This document shows, piece by piece, positions 52,801 through 61,404 of a stretch of 64,000 nucleotides of DNA. Position 1 is the first letter of the stretch. Each line of letters opens with the position of its first letter. Source of the stretch: an uncultured Gemmatimonadales bacterium (GTDB lineage: Bacteria; Gemmatimonadota; Gemmatimonadetes; Gemmatimonadales; GWC2-71-9); NCBI GenBank assembly GCA_963798915.1, contig CAWCVB010000014.1:96001-160000 (forward strand). The letters run 5' to 3'. The translations under genes and the position numbers were made by a program. The notes beneath the pieces were generated by a model. It was not told where the DNA came from. It did not search any database and was given only the letters and a program-made list of their open reading frames with translations.

Positions 52801-53090
52801 CGGTGCTGCTGCACCTGAGCCGACTCCGGCTCCTGGGCGCGGCGCTGGGGTTGCAGCACGTCACCCTCCGCGGGGACGAAGCGCGCCTCACCTTTCGTGA
52901 CGGTGCCGTGCCCCGGCTGGCCGCGCTCTCAGCGGCGCTCGATGACGTCCAGCTTGCGGCAGATGTGCGCCGCACCGTCCCGCTGTCTCTCCGCATCCAA
53001 CGTCTGGGCGGCGAGGCGCTCACGCCTGCACTGGTCCGCGCCCTCAGGGTTGTGGCGGGCCGCGCGGAGGCCCCCGGCGCACCAGAATGA
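49806..53090 (+). CDS. mfd: Transcription-repair coupling factor
   Basis: GQFSMRGGILD, YVVHLEHGIG, GDVGYGKTEVA, DEEHRFG, TATPIPRTL, QLRGRVGRS, DLEIRGAGNLLG. Confidence 0.97.
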   Translation: MTLDRILEAIARSPGALEARERLPQRGGRLALGGAPGSSGAALLAWFAREDLARTYCVVAPTPADAERWFADLSLLLDEAVGLYPQRESLGEDEAHLEIAGERAETLEALLGGRLRLLVTTVRATLERSQVPNAIARLRLDLARGDTLAPGTLANRLSEMGYERVATVTEVGQFSMRGGILDVYGFGMSTAARLEWWGDEISSLRGFDLTSQRSGEEQDRIVILPLRAAPAGEPRSDGSSGARRGLLELLPPDTLMLLEAETPAADEAKRAWDEAAHHLDVARRLGDDVPSREAIFEPPERWHEMISQFGRVILRADVPDVQLGAMPPERIERDLAQLAALLRSEPPTLILCDNEGQRDRLEELLDERGVHASLAVGALDGGFVLPRLRILTDHEIFRRARRVRRTRRYRAAAPSLATGLLAEGDYVVHLEHGIGVYRGIQTISVGESTLEVAILEYEGGSRLNVPLYRLDQLERYRAAGEDGDRPPPKVHRLGGSSWARVRDRAQQAIRKMAAELLELYARRKVAAGFPFPPDTRWQRELEASFLYEDTPDQRKATEDIKRDMERPLPMDRLLVGDVGYGKTEVAVRAAFKAVQGGRQAAVLVPTTILAEQHGRTFAERLADYPVTVEVLSRFRTTKEQKDVLARLEKGTVDIVIGTHRLLSRDVQFRELGLLIVDEEHRFGVRHKERLKAFRLAVDVLTLTATPIPRTLHLSLAGLRDLSLIETAPRDRSPVLTFVEPWDDALLEEALAREVDRGGQVFFVHNRIETIETIAQRVRHLAPRARVGLAHGQLPADQLEEVMRRFVAGEVDVLVTTMIVESGLDVPNANTMIVHDAHRFGLAQLYQLRGRVGRSHRRAYCYLLVPDTIDRDAEERLKVLEHHSDLGAGYRIALKDLEIRGAGNLLGSEQSGHAHAVGFDLYMRWLEETVRALRGRGEEAPAPPDVVLEAAAHLPDDYVADDDVKLDIYRRLARAESSGEIDGLGTELRERFGPLPEPAAVLLHLSRLRLLGAALGLQHVTLRGDEARLTFRDGAVPRLAALSAALDDVQLAADVRRTVPLSLRIQRLGGEALTPALVRALRVVAGRAEAPGAPE

Positions 53091-53122
53091 CCGGCGGCCG
53101 ACTTTCACTTCATGGAGATGGC

Positions 53123-54565
53123 ATGCGTCGTTTGATGCTGGTGATGGCTGTATTCGCGCTCACGGGTTGCTCGGATCTCCGCAGCCTGTTCAAGGCTCAC
53201 GCCGATGAAGCGGCGACCGCCGGCTCGCTGACCCTGACACCAGAGCGTCTGGCCGAGATACTCACCGGGCCCAAGGGCGTCCGGCTCAACAGCGACGCGG
53301 CAGAATTTGTCACCGGTCTCTGGCTCGATTACGCCCTCTTCGCGGACGCCGTGGCCAACCGGAAGTTGCCGGCCGACTCCCAGGCCGTGGCTGATGCGCT
53401 CTGGCCGGCGCTCTCAAGCATCAAGGCCACGCGCTGGTTCGATAGCGTGGTGGCGCAGAACCTGAGTCTGAGCGATGCAGGGCTCGACAGCGTGTTCACG
53501 TCCGGGCCGCTGCGCGTCTTCCAGCACATCCTGATCACCGTCTCCCAGACGGCGACGCCCGAAGAACGGGCGGCTGCGTTGAAGAAAGCGGACGCCGCGC
53601 TGGCCCAGCTGAAAAAAGGCGCCAACTTCGGTGCGCTGGCCACCCGGATGTCGCAGGATCCGGGCAGCGCGCGGGACAGCGGGTACCTCCCGCCCGCTGC
53701 CAAGGGCCAGTACATGGTTTCGTTTGACAGCGCCGGCTGGATGCTGGCGCCCGGCCAGATCAGCGGCGTGGTGCAGACGCCATACGGCTACCACATCATC
53801 CGGCGTCCCACGCTGGCGGATGCACGCACTCGATTTGAGGACGCGGCCCTGCAGGTGGTGCGCGCCCGGGTGGACTCGATCTACTTCGACAGCCTGGCAT
53901 CGCAGAAGAACCTGACAGTGGTTCGGGCAGCACCGTCCCTGATTCGTGAGGCGCTGGGGGACATGGAGGCGTCTCGCGGCTCAGACGAGCGCCTCGCGTC
54001 GTGGAACGGTGGCACTCTTACGGTTGGCGGCCTGCTGCGCTGGATCAACCAGCTGCCGCCAGCCTACCAAGCCCAGGTCGGAGACATGCCCGATTCCGCC
54101 CTGGGGCACTACGCCAAGGTGGTGGCCCAGAATCAGATGGCCCTGCAAGAGGCGGACAGTGCGCATGTCGGGCCGTCTGCCGAGGAGTGGGCCGGGCTCC
54201 AGCAGCAGTATCGCGCCCAGGTCGATTCGCTCAAGAGCGATATGCAGCTGGGCGCCGACGTGAGCGATTCGAGCGTGTCGGCCAGCCAGCGCGACCAGAT
54301 CGCGGCGCTCCGACTCAAGGCCTATTTCGATCGGATTATCGCGGGCAAGCAGCGCGCCCGCCGGCTGCCTGCGTCGCTGGGGGATGTCCTGCGCGAGCGA
54401 CTTGACCATCACGTCTACCAGGGTGGCATCGAGCGCGGGCTGGAACTGGCCCAGCGGAAGAAGGCACAGGAGAGTGCTGACTCGGCGCAGCCTGCCAGTG
54501 GGACGCGCCCGCCGGCCATGCGTCCCGCACCGGGACCAGCCCCCGCGCAGGCCGACAGCCGATAG
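53123..54565 (+). CDS. Parvulin (PpiC)-type peptidyl-prolyl isomerase lipoprotein
   Basis: Lipobox LTGC; HILI, FGALA...SQDPGSA..SG.L, VQTPYGYHII. Confidence 0.85.
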   Translation: MRRLMLVMAVFALTGCSDLRSLFKAHADEAATAGSLTLTPERLAEILTGPKGVRLNSDAAEFVTGLWLDYALFADAVANRKLPADSQAVADALWPALSSIKATRWFDSVVAQNLSLSDAGLDSVFTSGPLRVFQHILITVSQTATPEERAAALKKADAALAQLKKGANFGALATRMSQDPGSARDSGYLPPAAKGQYMVSFDSAGWMLAPGQISGVVQTPYGYHIIRRPTLADARTRFEDAALQVVRARVDSIYFDSLASQKNLTVVRAAPSLIREALGDMEASRGSDERLASWNGGTLTVGGLLRWINQLPPAYQAQVGDMPDSALGHYAKVVAQNQMALQEADSAHVGPSAEEWAGLQQQYRAQVDSLKSDMQLGADVSDSSVSASQRDQIAALRLKAYFDRIIAGKQRARRLPASLGDVLRERLDHHVYQGGIERGLELAQRKKAQESADSAQPASGTRPPAMRPAPGPAPAQADSR

Positions 54566-54652
54566 CGCGTCAGGCGCCAGTCTCCATTCCGGTGGCCCAC
54601 GTCGCCGCCGGTGAAGCGGTAGCGGTACTGTCTCATGGGAGAATCAGAACGG

Positions 54653-56005
54653 ATGCAGATCAGATGGACCAGACTTGCCGGGGCGGCAGCGCTGCTCGCT
54701 GCTGCCTTGCCGTGCCCGCTGCATGCGCAGGATCCTGCCGATTTTGCCCTGCGGGGCGACACCACGTTTACCGTGGACCGTATCGTGGCGGTCGTGGGGA
54801 ATGAGCCGATCCTCGAGTCGCAGGTCGAGGAGCAGCTGTTCACGGTATTGTCAACCAATCAGTCGATGGACCTTCCGACGTCCGCCGACACCGCCCGGCT
54901 TCGCGACGATATCCGCAATCAGCTGATCAACGAGGAATTGCTGGTTCAGGCGGCCAGGCGCGATACCGCCGTGAAGGTCAGTGAGCAGGATGTGACCGCC
55001 TCGGTGGACCAGAGCTACAAGCGGGTGCGTGACCAGTTCACTTCGGAAGTCGATTTTCAGCGTGAGCTGCACCAGTCGGGATTCGCCTCGGTTGAGGATT
55101 ACCGCCGCTTTCTGGCCGACCGCCAGCGGCGCGACCTGCTGCGCCAGGCGCTGATTGCGCGGCTCAAGGAGACCAAGAAGCTCAAGCCGGTGAACCCGAC
55201 CGAAGCCGAGTTGCACGCCGCTTTCGAGCAGGGCAAGGACCAGCTGGGGCAGCGGCCCGCAACCATCGGTTTTCGGCAGATCGTAATTGCCCCGCAGGCG
55301 TCAGACTCTGCCCGGGCCCGCGCGTTCCGGTTGGCCGACTCCATTGCCAATGGTCTTCGGGCGGGCGGTGATTTTGCCGTCGCGGCGCGGCGTTTCTCGC
55401 AGGATCCGGGCTCCAAGGAGCAGGGTGGGGACCTGGGCTGGACCAGGCGGGGCACGCTGGACCCGAAGTTCGAGGCCGCCGCCCTCAGCCTCAAGCCGGG
55501 AATGATCTCGAACCCGGTGGAAACCGGCTTCGGGTTTCACGTGATTCAGCTTGTCCAGACCGAGCCGACCTCGATCCATGCCCGGCACATCCTGATCGTC
55601 CCGGAGGCGACACCGGCCAACGTGGACACTGCCCGGGCGCTCGCTGGCCGGGTGGCGAGCGCACTGCGGGCCGGCGCCTCATTCGACTCGCTTCAGGCGC
55701 GACTGCACGATGATTCAGAGGAGAAGCAGGCAGAAGACGTGCCGGAGGACCAGCTTCCCAAGGCATACGTGGAGGCGGTGGCCGACGCCGACAGTGGCGC
55801 CATCGTGGGGCCATTCGACCTGACCGGTCCCGACGGAAAGCTCAAGTTTGCCGTCCTGCAGCTGACGCGGCGCCGGCCGGCCGGGGAGATCACGTTCAGC
55901 GATGTCCGCGATCGACTCCGCACCAACCTGGCCGAGAACCTCGGCACCAAGCGGTACCTGGACCACCTCCGCGCCTCGACCTACGTAGACATTCGCGAGC
56001 CGTGA
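54653..56005 (+). CDS. surA: SurA-like chaperone/PPIase
   Basis: VDRIVAVVG..PIL.S SurA N-domain; SQDPGSKEQGGDLGW, ETGFGFHVI; precedes pdxA. Confidence 0.8.
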   Translation: MQIRWTRLAGAAALLAAALPCPLHAQDPADFALRGDTTFTVDRIVAVVGNEPILESQVEEQLFTVLSTNQSMDLPTSADTARLRDDIRNQLINEELLVQAARRDTAVKVSEQDVTASVDQSYKRVRDQFTSEVDFQRELHQSGFASVEDYRRFLADRQRRDLLRQALIARLKETKKLKPVNPTEAELHAAFEQGKDQLGQRPATIGFRQIVIAPQASDSARARAFRLADSIANGLRAGGDFAVAARRFSQDPGSKEQGGDLGWTRRGTLDPKFEAAALSLKPGMISNPVETGFGFHVIQLVQTEPTSIHARHILIVPEATPANVDTARALAGRVASALRAGASFDSLQARLHDDSEEKQAEDVPEDQLPKAYVEAVADADSGAIVGPFDLTGPDGKLKFAVLQLTRRRPAGEITFSDVRDRLRTNLAENLGTKRYLDHLRASTYVDIREP

Positions 56006-56952
56006 GGCCGCGTGTGGCGGTGACGCTGGGTGATCCCCGGGGCATCGGCCCCGAGATCACCCGCGATGCGTTGGCAGAGGCGCTCGACGCCGACATCATC
56101 CTGGTCGGCGCAGAGGACCAGATCGCCGACCTTCCTGCAGTCCGCCGCGTGAGCGTCGGCACGTGGGGCCTCGGCAGCGGCGACCGGGCCGATCATGCGC
56201 GCACCCTGCGCGCCGGACGCCTGACCGGTCATGCGATCGAGGCAGCTGCCCGTCTCGCGCTTGCCGGGGACGTGGATGCCATCGTGACCGCACCCGCCAA
56301 CAAGAGCGCGCTGCATCTCGCGGGGTTTCCATGGCCAGGGCACACAGAATGGCTGGCGCATCTGGCCGGGGATGTGCCCGTCGCGATGATGTTGGCGTCG
56401 TCCCGGCTCAGGGTGGTGCTGCTCACGACCCACGTGCCGCTGCGGGACGTGCCGGCGCTGCTCACCGCTGACCGGATCGTGGCCACAGGACGCGTGGTGC
56501 AGAAGTCACTGCGCGAGTGGTTCGGGATCGACTCACCTCGCTTGGCGCTCTGCGCCCTCAATCCGCATGCTGGCGAGGGCGGCGCGTTCGGCGATGAGGA
56601 CGAGCGCCTGCTGGCGCCCGCTGCTCGCCAGCTTGGCGCGGCGGGCCCACTGCCGGCGGACACGGTCTTTGTCCGTGCCATGCGGGGGGAATTCGACGTC
56701 GTGCTGGCGCCCTATCATGATGTCGGAATGACCGCGATCAAGGTGGCGAGTTTCGGCGAGGCAGTGAACATCACGCTGGGCTTGCCGTTCCCGCGCACGT
56801 CGCCCGATCATGGCACCGCGTTTGACATTGCGGGGACCGGCAAGGCGGATCCATCCAGCATGCGGCGGGCGCTGGAACTGGCGGTGAAACTTGGTCAACG
56901 GTCAACAGTCAAGGTCAACGGTCAACGGTCAACGGTCGACCGTAGACTGTAG
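56002..56952 (+). CDS. pdxA: 4-hydroxythreonine-4-phosphate dehydrogenase
   Basis: GDPRGIGPE, TAPANK, GHTE, NPHAGE, ADT.F, YHD, RTSPDHGTAFDIAG. Confidence 0.95.
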   Translation: MRPRVAVTLGDPRGIGPEITRDALAEALDADIILVGAEDQIADLPAVRRVSVGTWGLGSGDRADHARTLRAGRLTGHAIEAAARLALAGDVDAIVTAPANKSALHLAGFPWPGHTEWLAHLAGDVPVAMMLASSRLRVVLLTTHVPLRDVPALLTADRIVATGRVVQKSLREWFGIDSPRLALCALNPHAGEGGAFGDEDERLLAPAARQLGAAGPLPADTVFVRAMRGEFDVVLAPYHDVGMTAIKVASFGEAVNITLGLPFPRTSPDHGTAFDIAGTGKADPSSMRRALELAVKLGQRSTVKVNGQRSTVDRRL

Positions 56953-56961
56953 ACCGTCGAC
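56893..56961. repeat. About 10x NGTCAAC/NGTMGAC 7-mer tandem array at the pdxA 3' end
   Basis: ggtcaac x5, agtcaa, ggtcgac, cgtagac, tgtagac, cgtcgac. Confidence 0.88.
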
Positions 56962-56962
56962 A

Positions 56963-58264
56963 TCACTTCACCAGTCTCACGCTCCGTACCCGCCTGCCAT
57001 CCATCTCGGCCACTTCCAGCACCCGATCGCCCGCGGCCACCCTGTCACCGGGTCGGGGGAGGCGACCAAGCGCGCCAAACACCCAGCCACCGATCGTGGT
57101 GTAGTCGGCGTCGTCCAGCGTCGTCCCCTGTTCACCGTTGAATTCGCTCACCGGCATGGAGCCGTCGATCAGGGCGAGGCCCTGGTCCTGGCGCTGCACC
57201 TCGGGGAGGTCATGCTCATCGAAGATGTCGCCCACAATCTCCTCGAGCAGGTCTTCCATCGTCACCAGTCCGGCGGTGCCGCCATACTCGTCGAGCACAA
57301 CCGCCATGTGGCTCTTGAGCCGCTTCATGTCGGTGAGGACGTCCTCCACTTCGCGGGTCCCCGGCACGAAGAGTGGCTCCCGCATCACGGAACGCAGGCT
57401 TGCGTGCCCATCCTGCCGCAACGCAGCGAGCAGGTCCTTGGAGTGAACGATGCCGACGATCTCGTCCAGTGACGCAGCATAGACCGGGTATCGCGAGCGG
57501 CCATGCCGTGCGACCTCGTCGGCCGCCTGCTCGATGGTCAGGTCCTGTGCCATCGCGGCAATGCGGGTGCGCGGCGTCATGACCTCCTGGGCGCTTTTCT
57601 CACTGAACTCGAAGACTCCCTCGAGCAGGCGGGCATCCTGCTGGAGCAGGCTGCCGCCTTCTTCACTCTGTTCCACCAGCAGCCGCAGCTCCTCTGGTGA
57701 GTGCAGCCGCTGGTGCTCGCCGGGCGCCGCAATGCCGAACGCTCGCAGCAGCATGTTGGCGGTGCCATTCAGGATCGCAATGGGTAGCGCCATGACCCAG
57801 CTGAACCCCATCAGTGGCATCGCGACCCAGCGACTGATGGCCTCGGGGTAGATGAGCGCCACGGTCTTGGGCACCAGCTCGCCCAGGATGATGTGCAACA
57901 TCGTGATGACGATGAAGGCGACGATCGAGGCGACGCCGTGGGACGCCACGGCGGCGAGCGTGGCCGGCAGCCAGCCCAGGACTCGCATGATGAGTGAAGC
58001 CAGCGCCGGCTCGCCGATCCAGCCCAGGCCGAGGGAGGCCAGGGTGATGCCCAACTGAGTGGACGAGATGTAGCGATCCAGCGATTGAACAGCCTGCCGC
58101 GCAAGCCTAGCTTTGCGGTCACCGGTATTGGCCAGCTCGTCCAGCCGAGTCCGCCGGGCCGCGACCAGCGCGAATTCCGCGGCGACGAAAAATGCGTTGG
58201 CGAGGACCAGGACGACGACGAGGGCCAATCCCAGGCCAAAGCCGGAGCCTGCTTCGGTTTCCAT
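56963..58264 (-). CDS. Hemolysin/CNNM-CBS-CorC family (CorB-like) membrane protein
   Basis: NAFFVAAEFA, QLGIT, GELVPK, VMTPR, SRYPV, VLDEYGGTAGLVTMED. Confidence 0.92.
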   Translation of the reverse strand: METEAGSGFGLGLALVVVLVLANAFFVAAEFALVAARRTRLDELANTGDRKARLARQAVQSLDRYISSTQLGITLASLGLGWIGEPALASLIMRVLGWLPATLAAVASHGVASIVAFIVITMLHIILGELVPKTVALIYPEAISRWVAMPLMGFSWVMALPIAILNGTANMLLRAFGIAAPGEHQRLHSPEELRLLVEQSEEGGSLLQQDARLLEGVFEFSEKSAQEVMTPRTRIAAMAQDLTIEQAADEVARHGRSRYPVYAASLDEIVGIVHSKDLLAALRQDGHASLRSVMREPLFVPGTREVEDVLTDMKRLKSHMAVVLDEYGGTAGLVTMEDLLEEIVGDIFDEHDLPEVQRQDQGLALIDGSMPVSEFNGEQGTTLDDADYTTIGGWVFGALGRLPRPGDRVAAGDRVLEVAEMDGRRVRSVRLVK

Positions 58265-58278
58265 GGCTTCCAAGTGTA

Positions 58279-59208
58279 ATGAGCGACCGAGTTTCTCGCG
58301 AGAAAGGTCAGGCGGTGGCGGCACATTCCCATAGCAACCATGCCGGGTCGGCGGCACCGTTGAGCCGGCTCCGATGGGTCCTGCTGTTCACGGCGGTTTT
58401 CATGGTGGTGGAGGCCATCGGGGGCTGGCTCGCTGGCTCGCTCGCGTTGCTGGCTGACGCCGGGCACATGCTCACCGATGTCGCGGCCCTCGGGCTTTCA
58501 CTGCTCTCGGCGGTGGTAGGTGCCCGGCCTGCGGATGACCGTAAGACGTACGGATATCGGCGCTGGGAGGTCCTGGCTGCGGCCGTCAATGCGGTGGCGC
58601 TCTTTGTCATCGCGGGCTGGGTGGTCTACGAGGCAATCCACCGGCTGGGGGCGCCTTCGGCCGTCAACGGTGGCCTCCTTCTCGGTGTGGCCCTCGCCGG
58701 GCTGCTGGCGAACGCCGTCTCCCTGCGCATCCTCCACGGATCGCACACCGAAAATCTCAATGCTCGCGGCGCCTATCTCCACATCCTGGGGGACCTGCTC
58801 GGCAGCGGGGCCGCGGTGCTGGCGGGCGTGATCATCGTGCTGACTGGCTGGACGCCGATCGATCCGATTCTCTCGGTGGCCGTGGCGATCCTGCTCCTGA
58901 TCAGCGCCTGGCGCCTGCTGAACGAGAGTCTGGACGTCCTGCTCGAGGCCGTGCCGCCCGGGATTTCGATGGCAGAAGTGGAACGGCGCATGCAGACTGT
59001 TGATGGCGTCGCCGAGGTGCATGACCTGCACGTCTGGACGGTCCGCAGCGGATTGCTGGCCATGAGTGGCCATGTGGTGGTCCCGCACCTCGACGCTCAC
59101 CCCGACGTGCTCGGCCAGATCCGGGATCACATGGCCGACCTGGGCATCGGGCACGTCACGGTCCAGCTTGAGGTGGAATCTCCCTGCGAGGACAGCGACT
59201 GCGTCTGA
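58279..59208 (+). CDS. Cation diffusion facilitator (CzcD/ZitB-like Zn/Co/Cd exporter)
   Basis: His-rich N-terminus; SLALLADAGHMLTD, YLHILGD, HDLHVW, H.TVQLE. Confidence 0.92.
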   Translation: MSDRVSREKGQAVAAHSHSNHAGSAAPLSRLRWVLLFTAVFMVVEAIGGWLAGSLALLADAGHMLTDVAALGLSLLSAVVGARPADDRKTYGYRRWEVLAAAVNAVALFVIAGWVVYEAIHRLGAPSAVNGGLLLGVALAGLLANAVSLRILHGSHTENLNARGAYLHILGDLLGSGAAVLAGVIIVLTGWTPIDPILSVAVAILLLISAWRLLNESLDVLLEAVPPGISMAEVERRMQTVDGVAEVHDLHVWTVRSGLLAMSGHVVVPHLDAHPDVLGQIRDHMADLGIGHVTVQLEVESPCEDSDCV

Positions 59209-59226
59209 GGTCTCTGCGCCTTCGCC

Positions 59227-60850
59227 TCACTGCTTTGGCAACAGAGCGTCCACCTCGGCTGGTTCATTCCCAATGCCAATGCCGCAACCTACGCCGGCTG
59301 TGACTTGCAGGTGGAGGATTCGGTCACTCACGTTGACGGTGTCGCGCCGAACGTCGGTTCGGCCTTCGGGAGGAGCCGCGGCCGGCCGTACCGATCGTTC
59401 GGCAATTCTGGTACGAACCTCCCGCAAGAGTCCCAGCACATCCTGGAGGCGGGTGCCCGGTCGGTCGTTGAAGGTGGTGAGCGGACGCTCGCGCAGCGGC
59501 AGGCTCAGGCGGGCGGCGGCGGCGTAGACAACTTCAAGCAGGGCCGGCGTTGCGCCCGGCGCGCTCGCGCCAAGCTTTTCGCCGGATTCGATCAGTGCAC
59601 AGGCGAGGGTGAGGCGATCCGCATCATGAGGGCACGGCGGTCCCGAGGTCGAATCTGACTCGGGGTTCCAGGCGCCTGGCTTTGAAAGCAGCTCGATCGC
59701 GCGGTCAATGATCCGGAGATCCAGCTCCGAGTAGACGAAGTCGGGCCGTTGGCAGGCGCCGCAGTCGACGCGTGGGACCGAATCGCCAGCCACGATGGCC
59801 GCAACCCAGTCGCGAAAGCGGTGGCCGTCCGTCTCGTAGGTGTAGAACATCGGCTCGCCCATGACCGTGTGGATCTCGCCGCCGATCAGGAAGGAGCGGA
59901 ATGCCGGAACTCTTGCTGAAATCTCGGCGTGGTCCTGCCGAATCAGCGCTGTGACATCGGGGTGCTTCGTGCCCGCGAGCTCCAGGAAGAAGCGCTGTGC
60001 ATCGTCGTAGGCGGCGTCAACCTGATACAGCTCCAGTCCAGGTGCAGTTCGGGCGGCGTTGACATAGAGTCCCGGAACGCCACCCTTCTCATAGTGCTCC
60101 CATCCGCGATAGCGCCTCAGGACGTCGGGAATGCCCCAGCGCCCCTGGTCCGCGCCATCCATCGCGTTCTTCGTATAGGCACTCGCGGCGTCACCCACTG
60201 CGGCGACGCGGGCTCCCGGATAGTGCCGCGCCATCAGGCTCGAATAAAACGGCGTCGCCACGGCGCCGGCGCTGGAGCCGGAGACAAGCACCACGCTCGG
60301 CGCCGGGAAGTTGGCGTACACCCAGGCCAGCGCAGCGAACGCGTTTCTCTGGCCGCGATGGTGAATGCGGATGGTGTGCGAACCAGTCGTGTCCGGCACC
60401 GTGTACGTCGTGTCGGCGTCGCCGAGATGCACGTCGCCAGTGCAGTAGCTGGCGAACACGGTCGAGAATAGCCCGCGAGCGGGTTTTCCGGATTGCCGAA
60501 ATCGAAGATGCCTTCGGATGGCGCAGCCGCCGGGCCATCGCTCTCGTAGGTGGGCCTGGACGTTCGGGATCGCAGTTCTCGCCCGTCCAGCAGGCGCCGC
60601 CGCCGCTGAAGAAGATCAGCAGGCGATCCGCGGCGCCTGGATACACAAAGAAGCGGTAATCATGCCCAGTGGCGCAGGTCGTCTTACCGCCCGGCTCGAG
60701 CGTGTTCCATCCATCGCGCAGATCGGCGAAATCCGGCAGCGCGGTGGCGGCGGCGCTCGACGCAGCAGTGGGTTGCTGCCCGCGGGCAGGTCCCGCAAGT
60801 ACTGCGCAGGTGAAGACCGCATGAAGAGCGCCGCACCGGAGTGTGCTCAT
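59227..60850 (-). CDS. Secreted pectin acetylesterase/Notum-like hydrolase with extra C-terminal domain, interrupted by two frameshifts (~60558, ~60466)
   Basis: Signal peptide; FSGGGACW; middle frame GIFDFGNPENP; YCTGDVHLG; GSSAG nucleophile. Confidence 0.75.
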
Positions 60851-61290
60851 TGCTTCTGCAGGATTCCGTTCACCGTGGCCGCTTCCTCTCCACTGCCAAA
60901 ATCGAACTCGATGCCGCTCGTAATGTGCAGGGTGAGCGTGCTGCCGTTCAGGCTGAATGTACCGCTCAGCGTGGTCGGTGAGCTGCCCGATTCAGTGAGC
61001 GTGATGGTCGACCCGGACACGGCATAGGTACCTGTCGAGACGTCATCCGGACTACCGGGCACTGTCGTCGTTGTCGTGTAGCCACCGCCCGACGTGAACA
61101 CCACGGTGAGGGTGGCACCTCCCGCGATGGGGTCGACGCTCGTGCCGGGGTCGGCCGTGGAGGTGAACACAAAGGACGTGGCCGACCAGGTGCCGACCAG
61201 GTCACTGGCCGAGGGCCCGTTGTCGCTGCCGCAGGCGGCCAGCGTCAGTAATGACACCATGGCAAGGCCGGACGCCATCAATGCTTTCAT
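60847..61290 (-). CDS. Lipocalin-like beta-barrel lipoprotein
   Basis: Lipobox LAAC; DLVGTW motif; GTY.VSG..ITL. Confidence 0.7.
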   Translation of the reverse strand: MKALMASGLAMVSLLTLAACGSDNGPSASDLVGTWSATSFVFTSTADPGTSVDPIAGGATLTVVFTSGGGYTTTTTVPGSPDDVSTGTYAVSGSTITLTESGSSPTTLSGTFSLNGSTLTLHITSGIEFDFGSGEEAATVNGILQKQ

Positions 61291-61404
61291 CGAAGATCTC
61301 CTCAGGGTATCGGATTGCAGCAATCAGTCGGCTCGCGACGGCGGGCATCAAGATGCTTTACGGCCGGAGCACTTCGCGATCAGGTTCGCTGGTGACGAGC
61401 CGGC

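Noticed and set aside
31455..60565. Programmed frameshifting as a shared regulatory system
   Set aside because: No common slippery sequence or stimulatory structure; unrelated genes; assembly indels are more parsimonious
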